64,000 bases of DNA, from the NCBI GenBank assembly GCA_963755125.1, contig CAVWIP010000006.1, positions 195,560 to 259,559 on the forward strand. The letters run 5' to 3'. The translations under genes were made by a program, and so were the position numbers. The stretch comes from an uncultured delta proteobacterium (GTDB taxonomy: Bacteria > Myxococcota_A > Polyangia > Fen-1088). Below are positions 41,655 through 49,668 of the stretch, in pieces. The notes beneath the pieces are model-generated. The model searched no databases, was not told where the DNA came from, and was given only the letters and a program-made list of their open reading frames with translations. The number at the start of each line of letters is the position of its first letter. Positions within the stretch are counted from its first letter, which is position 1.

Positions 41655-42104
41655 TCATCGGCGCCGTGGTGGCGCGGGCACTTTGCGCGCGGTGAAGCCC
41701 GCCAGTGTTGTCTCGGCCAGAAAAGCGGCCTGCGCCTCCCACACCTTCTGGAAAGGGACGTGCAGCGGGCAAGGGCTCCGGGCGACGCAAGCTTTGCGAT
41801 TGCCGAGAGGACAAAGGGGCGTGCTCTCCAGCCGCTCGAAACAGGTGGCGATGTCATGCAGGCTGATCTCGGCCGCAAGCCGCGCCAGCACGTAACCACC
41901 GCCCGGCCCGCGTGTGCCGCGAATCAGCTCGTGGCGCGACAGACTGGTGAGGACTTTGGCCAGAAAGGGCTGAGGGATCGACCGACGTCTGGCAATCTGG
42001 CTGGCGGTCAGCGCGGGCACATCAGTGCCGTGAGATTCTGCCAGGGCGGACATGGCGGCGATCCCGATGCGGGTCGCGCGGTTGAGCATCGAACTCGCCA
42101 CCAC
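41655..42104 (-). CDS. Rrf2-family transcriptional regulator
   Basis: IPQPFLAKVL, RGPGGGYVL, Cys cluster CPLG...C...CPLH. Confidence 0.9.
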   Translation of the reverse strand: MVASSMLNRATRIGIAAMSALAESHGTDVPALTASQIARRRSIPQPFLAKVLTSLSRHELIRGTRGPGGGYVLARLAAEISLHDIATCFERLESTPLCPLGNRKACVARSPCPLHVPFQKVWEAQAAFLAETTLAGFTARKVPAPPRRR

Positions 42105-42341
42105 GGGTACTCTCTACTTCTTGGCTGTGCGTTGCATGTCTGTCGCCAGTTCTTTGATCTTCGTCAAATCGCGCTGCATTTCGCTCCATCCATACGCGCG
42201 CATGTGAAAATGGCTGGTTGGGGCCTTGTCCTGGACCTGTGGCACGACAGGCACGGAAATCCGTGCTCCTCTCGAAGCCACCGGCCGGCTGCGCGCGAGG
42301 AATCGATAAGACGCCCATTCTACGCGAGGCGCTGAACAGCC

Positions 42342-42755
42342 CTACGGCGTTGGCGCCGGACAGGGTGTGCTCGGGCTCGATGCGAACGGGCAGCAAGCTT
42401 GCACGACCTTGCTCTTGTCCATCGTGACGGTGGCCGCCTGGCCCGTGTCGTGGCTGGCGCTCGTGTCGCCATCAGTACCGACCCAGTACCCCCAGACAAA
42501 CACGCTGCTGGCGGCAGTCGCCGACAGCGGAACCATGGTCCCTTCCGGGACGGTCAGCGTCTGCGTCGCATCCGCTGACGCGGCACCTTGGTTGACCGAA
42601 ACGGAGCACCAGGACAGGTAGTCCTCAAGCTTCAGGGTGACACCAGTCCCTGAGGTCGACGTGCTCGTCGATGTCGAGGTGTAAGAGGGCGTGGAATACG
42701 AGCTTCCACTTCCACAGCCAACCAGAAGCACCAGAATCGCCACAATCTTTGTCAT
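42342..42755 (-). CDS. Small lipoprotein with Ser/Thr linker and InlB B-repeat-like, Cys-containing domain
   Basis: GGAGG RBS, lipobox LVGC, VFVWGYW..VTMDKSKVVQACC. Confidence 0.8.
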   Translation of the reverse strand: MTKIVAILVLLVGCGSGSSYSTPSYTSTSTSTSTSGTGVTLKLEDYLSWCSVSVNQGAASADATQTLTVPEGTMVPLSATAASSVFVWGYWVGTDGDTSASHDTGQAATVTMDKSKVVQACCPFASSPSTPCPAPTP

Positions 42756-42944
42756 GACTGCCGTCCTCCCTGGCTGTTTCGATGCGTGTCACTGCGCAAG
42801 GTTCCAGAATCCGCGACAGTGTCTCCATGCGGCGCGCAACTACCAGGGCACACCTCAACAGGCCCAAGACTCACACGCAGGGGTCATGGCTACACTTGGA
42901 GGACGCGGCGCCTACCCGTGGCCAGCATGACCATCTGTCAAATA

Positions 42945-43409
42945 CTACCGCAGCAGGAACCCTGCGATCTCGGCGGCCGCAGTCAGAATGAGCATGGCCA
43001 CGGACCAGAAGGTGAAGCTTTCCCAGCTCTCGGGCCGCAGAGCCCGGTCGGCGCGCACGCACCAGATGCGCCAGAGGGCAAGGGGCGAGAGAGATGCCGC
43101 GGCTAGTGCCGGGGCCAGAGGCAGCCCAGCCGCAACCAGGATGGGCAACGCTGCGTAGGCAAGCGCGACCGCAAGCATGTACCAGAGCGAGGCTCGCAGA
43201 GCGCCCAGCCGCAACACCAGGGTCTTCTTGCCCACCGTCGAATCGCCGATGGCGTCCGGCACCCCCACAGCCAACAGCATCGGAATCATGGCGCGGGGAC
43301 GCCCATGCCCCACCGGGGCGGCGTCGCAGGATCCGAACAGCTCGTCTACCTCCATGCCGGCCAGACGCGCTGGCAACTCGTCGTCGAAATTGCTCGCCAC
43401 CGAAAACAT
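42945..43409 (-). pseudogene. In-frame chimera: U32-peptidase-like N-terminus + UbiA/MenA prenyltransferase C-terminus
   Basis: AGGAGG RBS, MFSVASNFDDEL...VGHGRP joined to MLLAVGVPDAIGDSTVGKKTLVLRLG plus TM helices. Confidence 0.6.
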
Positions 43410-43672
43410 CCGATCGTCCTCCTGCGTGAAGCGGCGAACAGCCTGACATGGCAGACACGCCAAGTCACGAAATGGGCGGCGAGAGGGATTGCAGGTAATT
43501 TGCGCGCGTGACGAGCATCAAAAGTTAGCTTTGGAGGGCACAATATCATTTGGGTCTTCGCTGACGGGTGAACGTCAGTCAAACCGTTTGAGTGACGCTT
43601 TCGCGCACCCTCCCCGCCGCTTTCCTGTGCCGTTTCTTTTCGACGCGAATTGTTAGCCAGCTACTTGCAGCG

Positions 43673-43726
43673 CCAAACGTGGGCAAACGGGATTTCAGGT
43701 CCTCCTATCGGTTCGCGCATGACGCG
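43673..43726. repeat. ~170-bp intergenic repeat, copy 3 left part
   Basis: CCAAACGTGGGCAAACGGGATTTCAGGTC...GCATGAC, ending at the IS21 insertion site. Confidence 0.85.
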
Positions 43727-43972
43727 TGTCAATCGCCAGGCCGATGGGGCCAGGGATTGACGTTTTCGCCAAGGTCATGGGGCCACCCGATCGCCAGGGT
43801 GATGGGGCCAGGGTCGCGGGTGATCGGGCCCTGAATCGCCAGGGTCATGGGGCCAGTCAATCGCCAGGGTCATGGGGCCAACCCGTGACCTAAGCGAAAG
43901 CTGACCTGGGCATCGAGGACCGAAGGCAAAACCGACCTTCAGGCGGCCGCGCGACGGCCGCCAGGAGGTCAC

Positions 43973-45568
43973 ATGAGCTTTCGGGAGATCACAATGCAAG
44001 ACGTACGAGAGTTGTTGCGCCGCCACGAGGCGGGGCAAAGTGCGCGCAAGATCGCGCGCGAATTGGGCATGGATCGCAAGACAGTGGGGCGGTACTTGGA
44101 GCAGGCTCGCAGGCTGGAGCCCGCGCTGGCGACGGTGACCGACGATGTCGCTCTGAGCGTCGGTCACAGGGTGCAAGCGCGGGCACCAGTGGTGCCATCG
44201 CAAGCATGGCAGGTACTGGTTGACCGACGAGCGCAGATTGAAGCCTGGCTGGGGAGCGAGCCGCCGTTGCGGCTGGTGCGCATCCACGAGTTGCTGGCGC
44301 GCGAGGGCGTCGAGGTCGGATACACGACCTTGCGGCGGTTCGCCCACCGGGAGCTGGACTGGCACCAGCGCTCGCCGACGGTGCGGCTCGACGACCCACC
44401 CGCGGGGCAGGAAGCACAGGTCGATTTCGGCCTGATGGGGATGGTGACCGACGCGGAGGGACGGTCGCGACGCCTGTGGGCGCTGATCGTGACGTTGCCG
44501 TCGAGTCGGTACATGCACGTGTACCCGAGCTTCACGCAGACGGTGGAGGACGTCTGCGCAGGGTTGGATGCCGCCTGGCGGTCTTTCGGCGGCATGCCCA
44601 AGCACATCATCCTCGACAATGCCTCGGCGATGGTGGTGCGTGCCAGTGCCACCGACCCGGGGCTCAATCGCGCTTTCCGCGACTACACCGATGCGCGCCA
44701 GCTCTTTGCGGACACGGCGCGCGTGCGGCATCCCAAGGACAAGGCCCGCGTCGAAAATCAGGTACCGTACGTGCGCGAGCGCTGGTTTGCCGGCGAAGCT
44801 TTCAGCCCCGACCTTGTGGAGATCCGCCGGCAGGCGGAGGCGTGGTGCCGGGAGGTGGCGGGTGCGCGCGTGCATGGGACGACAAGGCGTGTGCCGCGCG
44901 AGGTGTACGAAGCCGAGGAGCGAGCGCACATGCAGCCAGCACCCGAGGGCGAGTACGACGTGCCTCACTGGTGCTCTCCCAAAGTGCACCCTGACCACCA
45001 CGTGCAGGTGCTCAAGGCGCTTTACTCGGTGCCCACGCGCTACATCGGCAAGATCGTCGAGGCACGGGCCGACCGCAAGACGGTTCGACTGTATTTGGGG
45101 GCCGAGCTGATCAAGGTGCATGCGCGCAAGGCCCCGGGCCAGCGCTCGACCGATCCGCAGGACTTCCCGCCAGGGAAGGCGGCGTGGGCGCTGCGCGATG
45201 TGGACAGCGTCGTACGCCGAGCCCGTGGGTACGGCGAGAAGGTCGGTCAATTTGCCCAGCGCCTGCTCGAAGGTCCTGTGCCCTGGCTCAAGCTGCGGCA
45301 AGCCTACGGGCTTTTGCGCCTCTGCGAGCGATACGGGCAGGACCGGGTCAATGCCTTGTGCGAGCGCGCGCTCGCCTTCGATGTGATCGCGGTGCCGCGT
45401 ATCGAGGGAATGCTCAAGGATGCCCGTCGGACCGAGGAGGCCGCTGTCGCCACGGGCCGCGTGATCGTGTTACCCGCACGCTTCGCTCGCGACGCAGCCA
45501 CTTTCGCCACCCGTGCAACTGTCCCGCCCGATGGCCAGACAAACACGGAGTCGGGAGGTGAGTCATGA
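43973..45568 (+). CDS. istA: IS21 DDE transposase
   Basis: N-terminal HTH, EAQVDFG, ILDN, KDKARVE, HGTT, YSVP. Confidence 0.95.
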   Translation: MSFREITMQDVRELLRRHEAGQSARKIARELGMDRKTVGRYLEQARRLEPALATVTDDVALSVGHRVQARAPVVPSQAWQVLVDRRAQIEAWLGSEPPLRLVRIHELLAREGVEVGYTTLRRFAHRELDWHQRSPTVRLDDPPAGQEAQVDFGLMGMVTDAEGRSRRLWALIVTLPSSRYMHVYPSFTQTVEDVCAGLDAAWRSFGGMPKHIILDNASAMVVRASATDPGLNRAFRDYTDARQLFADTARVRHPKDKARVENQVPYVRERWFAGEAFSPDLVEIRRQAEAWCREVAGARVHGTTRRVPREVYEAEERAHMQPAPEGEYDVPHWCSPKVHPDHHVQVLKALYSVPTRYIGKIVEARADRKTVRLYLGAELIKVHARKAPGQRSTDPQDFPPGKAAWALRDVDSVVRRARGYGEKVGQFAQRLLEGPVPWLKLRQAYGLLRLCERYGQDRVNALCERALAFDVIAVPRIEGMLKDARRTEEAAVATGRVIVLPARFARDAATFATRATVPPDGQTNTESGGES

Positions 45569-46395
45569 GTGCCCGCACCATCAGCCCCGACCTGGTCGCC
45601 TCGCTCAAGCGGCTCCGCTTGGGCGGCCTCATTCCTACGCTGCCCGAACGCTTCACCCTCGCGGAAAAGGAGGACACCCCCTACGAGGACCTCCTGCTTC
45701 TGCTGCTCACCGACGAGATCTCCCGTCGGGACAGTAACGCCGCCCTCCGTCGTGCGGACCAGGCCGGCCTCGATCCGGACATGGTGCTTGAGCGGTGGGA
45801 CAAGACCGCGAAGGTGACCTACGACCGACGGGTGCTCAATGAGCTGGTCTCACTCCGCTTTGTCGAGGACCATCGCAACGTCGTGATCCTCGGCCCGGTG
45901 GGAGTGGGCAAGACCTTTCTCTCGAACGCGCTCGGGCACCTGTGCTGTCGTGCCGGCTTCAATGTGCGGCTGTCGCGGGCCGACGCACTCCTGCGCCTCT
46001 TCAAGCAGAGCCGAATGGACAATTCCAGGGAAGCCCTGATGACCCAACTGGCCACCGTCGACGTGCTCATCATCGACGACTTTGCGCTCGAACCCATGAA
46101 TCGCGAGGAGAGCCGCGACATCTACCAGCTCTTTGTCGAGCGTAATGCCCGTGCTTCCACGATTGTGACCAGCAATCGCGACACAGTCGAGTGGATCGCC
46201 ACTTTCGACGATGCCCTTTTGGCCCAGAGTGCCGTCGATCGTTTCAAGAACAACGCCTTCGACCTCGTCGTCGATGGCGAGTCCTATCGGTCACGGCTCA
46301 AACCCAGCATCGACAAGCTGCCACCTCCGCCTGCGGCTCCGGTGAAGAAGGTGCCCATCCATCCGCGTACCAAAGCTGCGGCCCGCCGCCGATGA
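45565..46395 (+). CDS. istB: IS21 helper AAA+ ATPase
   Basis: GPVGVGKT, LIIDDF, IVTSN, GESYR. ATGA overlap with istA. Confidence 0.95.
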   Translation: MSARTISPDLVASLKRLRLGGLIPTLPERFTLAEKEDTPYEDLLLLLLTDEISRRDSNAALRRADQAGLDPDMVLERWDKTAKVTYDRRVLNELVSLRFVEDHRNVVILGPVGVGKTFLSNALGHLCCRAGFNVRLSRADALLRLFKQSRMDNSREALMTQLATVDVLIIDDFALEPMNREESRDIYQLFVERNARASTIVTSNRDTVEWIATFDDALLAQSAVDRFKNNAFDLVVDGESYRSRLKPSIDKLPPPPAAPVKKVPIHPRTKAAARRR

Positions 46396-46548
46396 CACCA
46401 CCGCGCACGTCGGGCCCCTGCCGGGGCCCTCCGGGGTCGACCTAAAGGCCAATCTGTGGCATGAGATCAGCCGGTCCTTCGATGCCCGTCACCTGGCCCC
46501 ATGACCCTGGCGAGACGTGGCCCCATCATCCTGGCGAGTGACAACGCG

Positions 46549-46668
46549 CGTCGAGCATGGAAGTCCTAGTGCGCGCAGGTGTACACCCGCTGACGAAAAC
46601 CTCAATGATATTCGGAATGCCGCTCTTGCATACGGAGGTCGTGGGAATGTCTTCGCGCGCAGCTGGGC
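46549..46668. repeat. ~170-bp intergenic repeat, copy 3 right part
   Basis: CATGGAAGTCC...GTGTACAC...AAAACCTCAATGATATT...GTCGTGGGAATGT continues the homology to copy 1. Confidence 0.85.
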
Positions 46669-47738
46669 TACAAGCGTGAGAAGGCGAGGCCGACACTTGC
46701 AAGCCAATAGAAGCCAGCGATTCCGACCACGGCTTGACCGTTCGCCTCGCCGCTCAAGCCACGGATGCACGTGCCGCCTTCAAGGCCGATCTTTGGACGA
46801 GCCCGCCGATTGCCCGGTGCCTCCAGTGACAGTCGTAGTCCGGTACTGGAGACCCAATCGGAGCCAGCGCCCGCGCGTACCCCCGTGCTGCCAGCCACGC
46901 CATCGACCCACGCCCAGCCCGCGTCGGCGCGTAGACCAAGGTCGATCAGGACGACGCCAGCCTTGAATCGGGGGCCGACGGTCAGGCCGACCGTCGCGGC
47001 GCGCGTGCGCACCTCGCCCAGGTCGACGTGCTTGCTTGCGAGTCCGCCACCAGCGTCGAGGTCGATGTGCAACGAACGCCAACCTGTGGTGAACCCCAAG
47101 CGGCCGCCCCACGTGGTCGTGTCGCGGGACGGATAGCTTCTCACCTCGAAATCAGCTTCCATGGCCAAAGCGACTGCTTTGGGCTCGGCCGTGTGCGGGC
47201 TGGGAGATAGCGGCTTGGTCACCTCGGCCATTGTCGTCTTGGGCAGAACACTAGCCGCCGCATCCTGCCCCAGCGCCCGAATTAGCTCGGCAACGATCAG
47301 GGCCAGCGCACGCGGCCGAGCCGTCTCCGCCACGTCGGCCAGAGAAATCTCGCGGTGGAGGCCGAGGCCATGCGCCGGATCGAACACGAAAGCTCGCATT
47401 TGGTTCGCGCCTGCCACGCAGGAATCTACCTGCAACTCCACGCGAATGGATGCGGTCGGTGGCGGCCAGTCCTTCGGATCACCGAGAGTGCAACACCACG
47501 GTCCGCGGCCAGCCAACTCGACGCGCAGATCATCGAGAAAGGCGCCGAGCGAGAACGCTTCAGCTCCGCAGCGGGGTGGCAAAACGACCACGGCCTGCGT
47601 ATCCGGAGACGCGGACGCGGATTGGATTGTGGCCTGGGCGGGAGGAGAGCGAAGGATGGACACGACGAGCGCGGCGCAAACGGGCCAAGTGGCGAGGTGA
47701 GGACTCCGCCCCTTGCGAACCAGACCGGCAGAGATCAT
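46668..47738 (-). CDS. Exported protein with beta-barrel-like C-terminus, third gene of the ECF operon
   Basis: ATGA overlap with the FecR gene, signal peptide, Gly-rich amphipathic strands. Confidence 0.7.
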   Translation of the reverse strand: MISAGLVRKGRSPHLATWPVCAALVVSILRSPPAQATIQSASASPDTQAVVVLPPRCGAEAFSLGAFLDDLRVELAGRGPWCCTLGDPKDWPPPTASIRVELQVDSCVAGANQMRAFVFDPAHGLGLHREISLADVAETARPRALALIVAELIRALGQDAAASVLPKTTMAEVTKPLSPSPHTAEPKAVALAMEADFEVRSYPSRDTTTWGGRLGFTTGWRSLHIDLDAGGGLASKHVDLGEVRTRAATVGLTVGPRFKAGVVLIDLGLRADAGWAWVDGVAGSTGVRAGAGSDWVSSTGLRLSLEAPGNRRARPKIGLEGGTCIRGLSGEANGQAVVGIAGFYWLASVGLAFSRL

Positions 47739-48946
47739 CGGGGGGCGAGCCAACCTTTGATCGCTCGCGTGTGGCGACCGCGGGGGAATTCGCGGAAATA
47801 GGCATCCGCGGCAGCGCGCGCAGCGTCGGGCTGACCGCTTCGCGCACACGCCTCCACCAGCCGGGCGCGCACGTCTTCGCGCAGGCTACGAGGAATTCCG
47901 AGTTTGAGGGCTTGGTTCAAGGCCAAGATTGCGGGTTCCGGGCGCCCCAGCGAGTCGAGTTCCAGGCGTCCTAAGGCAAACGCAGCGAGCGGTGCTTGCG
48001 CATCGTCCGCGAAGTCGGTGAGGATGCGATCAAGGGGCGCGACCGCGTCTGCCGGATGCCCAGACAGCCGCGCCACGTCGGCCAGGGCGAGCAGATCAGC
48101 CACGCCGAGGCGCTTCGACTCGCGCCTGAGTCCATCGGCGCCCAGGGCCAAGAAGGCCTCGTCGTGGCGCCCGCGCTTGGCCAGATCGCGCCAGGATGTC
48201 GTGGCTCGGTTGCGGCTGGGCGATTCAGCCCGATCCACGCGGGCAGGATTGCCACTCGCTCCGGCGACAGACGTGGGGACGGTGCTGGCCGGTTGGGCGA
48301 GAGGTGCGATGGTCGGCGTGGCGACAGCGGTGGCCACGGGCCGGACGACATCCTCAAATACGTCGAGGGACTCGCCAGCAGCAAGTCGTCGAACGCGATC
48401 GGGCACGCGCTCACCGCGCACCAGGATCGCACCGCGACTCACGGCAACGTGCAGGTGACCTGGCGTTCGTTCGCAGGCAAACTGGGTGCCCACCACCTCG
48501 ATGGTCGCCAGGCCGCATTCGATCACCCAGTGCCGGCGCCCACCCGGGCGCACGTTGAATTCCGCGCCGCCGCGCACGACCATGGCCGAGAAGGTCGTGC
48601 CCGAGCTTTCCAGCGGTTCGAGTAGAGTGCCGGGAAGAAGCCGAATGCGCGAACCGTCCGAAAGGGCGATTCCGGTTTCGCCTGCTTCACCAGTTTCGAT
48701 TGACGGTGCCTCCACCGCGACGACCGGGTTACCATCTGCGAGGCGCAGCGGTCCGAAATCACGGAGAGCGAGCGCAGCGTACGTTCCGGCGACAACCGTG
48801 GCGGTGACGACAAGCACGAACGGCAGCCGCCCTCGGCGGCGGGGGCGTGGGAATCTCGCATCGATCTCCTGCGCGATCCTTTCCATTCCTTCTTCGTTCG
48901 CAGGGTCGCGTAAACTCCCAGCCAAAGGGTATCGTAGGCGACTCAT
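47735..48946 (-). CDS. FecR-domain anti-sigma factor with TPR C-terminus
   Basis: TM helix, LSDGSRIRL, IEVVGTQF, VAVSRG, LAAGES, then TPR helices and YFREFPRG. Confidence 0.88.
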   Translation of the reverse strand: MSRLRYPLAGSLRDPANEEGMERIAQEIDARFPRPRRRGRLPFVLVVTATVVAGTYAALALRDFGPLRLADGNPVVAVEAPSIETGEAGETGIALSDGSRIRLLPGTLLEPLESSGTTFSAMVVRGGAEFNVRPGGRRHWVIECGLATIEVVGTQFACERTPGHLHVAVSRGAILVRGERVPDRVRRLAAGESLDVFEDVVRPVATAVATPTIAPLAQPASTVPTSVAGASGNPARVDRAESPSRNRATTSWRDLAKRGRHDEAFLALGADGLRRESKRLGVADLLALADVARLSGHPADAVAPLDRILTDFADDAQAPLAAFALGRLELDSLGRPEPAILALNQALKLGIPRSLREDVRARLVEACARSGQPDAARAAADAYFREFPRGRHTRAIKGWLAPR

Positions 48947-49542
48947 AGTGCTTCCTTGCTAATTTGCACGTGGCGCTCGACGATGGCATCCACGGCCGCG
49001 ATCCGGCGCTTTGCGGTGGCCAGTGAGCAGGCGCAGGCAGATCCGACCTCGGCCAGCGCCAGGCCCTCGACCCGGCGGAGCATCCAGGCGATGCGTTGAT
49101 CGGGGTGGATTCGGGCGAGCACGCGATCGACGAGTGCGAGTTCGGCGCGATCGTCGGGCGCCAGATCCGGCGCTGCCAGTGCGGCGAGGGTGGCATCGCC
49201 CTCTCCACGGTCGAGTCCGAGAAAGTGCATGAGGCGAGCGCGCCGCAGGCGATGGCGGACGATGCCTACCGCAATCTGGGCCAGCCATGCGCGCAGGGCC
49301 GCGGGCTCGCGGAGTGTTGACAGATGCTCAAATCCTCGCACGAAGGTGTCTTGCAGCACCTCCTCGGCCTCACTCCGGCGCCTGAGCAAGCGTGCGATGA
49401 CCGCGAAGAGGTAGCGCGCGTGGCGGCGGTAGAGCATGTCCCGGCTCCAGCGATCGCCCGCGACGGCGCGGCCCACCAACTCGGCGTCGCCGACCGTGTC
49501 GGGCGTGGGGAACGGGATGGGTTCCTTCACAGTGTTGCCCAT
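48943..49542 (-). CDS. ECF RNA polymerase sigma-70 factor
   Basis: LYRRH, EAEEVLQDTF, AWLAQIA (region 2), EGLALAEV..SLATAKRRI (region 4). Confidence 0.92.
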   Translation of the reverse strand: MGNTVKEPIPFPTPDTVGDAELVGRAVAGDRWSRDMLYRRHARYLFAVIARLLRRRSEAEEVLQDTFVRGFEHLSTLREPAALRAWLAQIAVGIVRHRLRRARLMHFLGLDRGEGDATLAALAAPDLAPDDRAELALVDRVLARIHPDQRIAWMLRRVEGLALAEVGSACACSLATAKRRIAAVDAIVERHVQISKEAL

Positions 49543-49552
49543 TCTACTAGGA

Positions 49553-49579
49553 GATCCCCCACCGCCTGCAAACGGCTCA
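49553..49579 (-). promoter_or_regulatory. Candidate ECF promoter TGAGCC-N16-GGATC for the sigma operon
   Basis: Minus strand TGAGCC GTTTGCAGGCGGTGGG GGATC, 10 nt before the sigma ATG. Confidence 0.7.
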
Positions 49580-49633
49580 CGGGAAGGCGAGCCAATCGCC
49601 TGGATAGGCGGAAGTCGCCTTTATCGTTCCTGG

Positions 49634-49660
49634 TGAGCCATTTCGCCAACTTGGTGGATC
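49634..49660 (+). promoter_or_regulatory. Candidate ECF promoter TGAGCC-N16-GGATC
   Basis: TGAGCC ATTTCGCCAACTTGGT GGATC, 8 nt before ATG 49669. Confidence 0.7.
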
Positions 49661-49668
49661 CTCTCTCC

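Larger units (their letters stand above)
43727..46543 (+). mobile_element. Complete IS21-family insertion sequence
   Basis: IRL TGTCAATCGCCAGG, IRR (reverse complement) TGTCACTCGCCAGG, 5-bp target duplication ACGCG (43722-43726, 46544-46548), subterminal TCGCCAGGGTCATGGGGCCA-like repeats (about 6 left, 2 right). Confidence 0.95.

Noticed and set aside
43732..43880. About six ~21-bp repeats that could be mistaken for a CRISPR array
   Set aside because: Spacers are only a few bp, inverted copies occur at the other IS end, and multiple subterminal repeats are typical of IS21. No cas genes are present.
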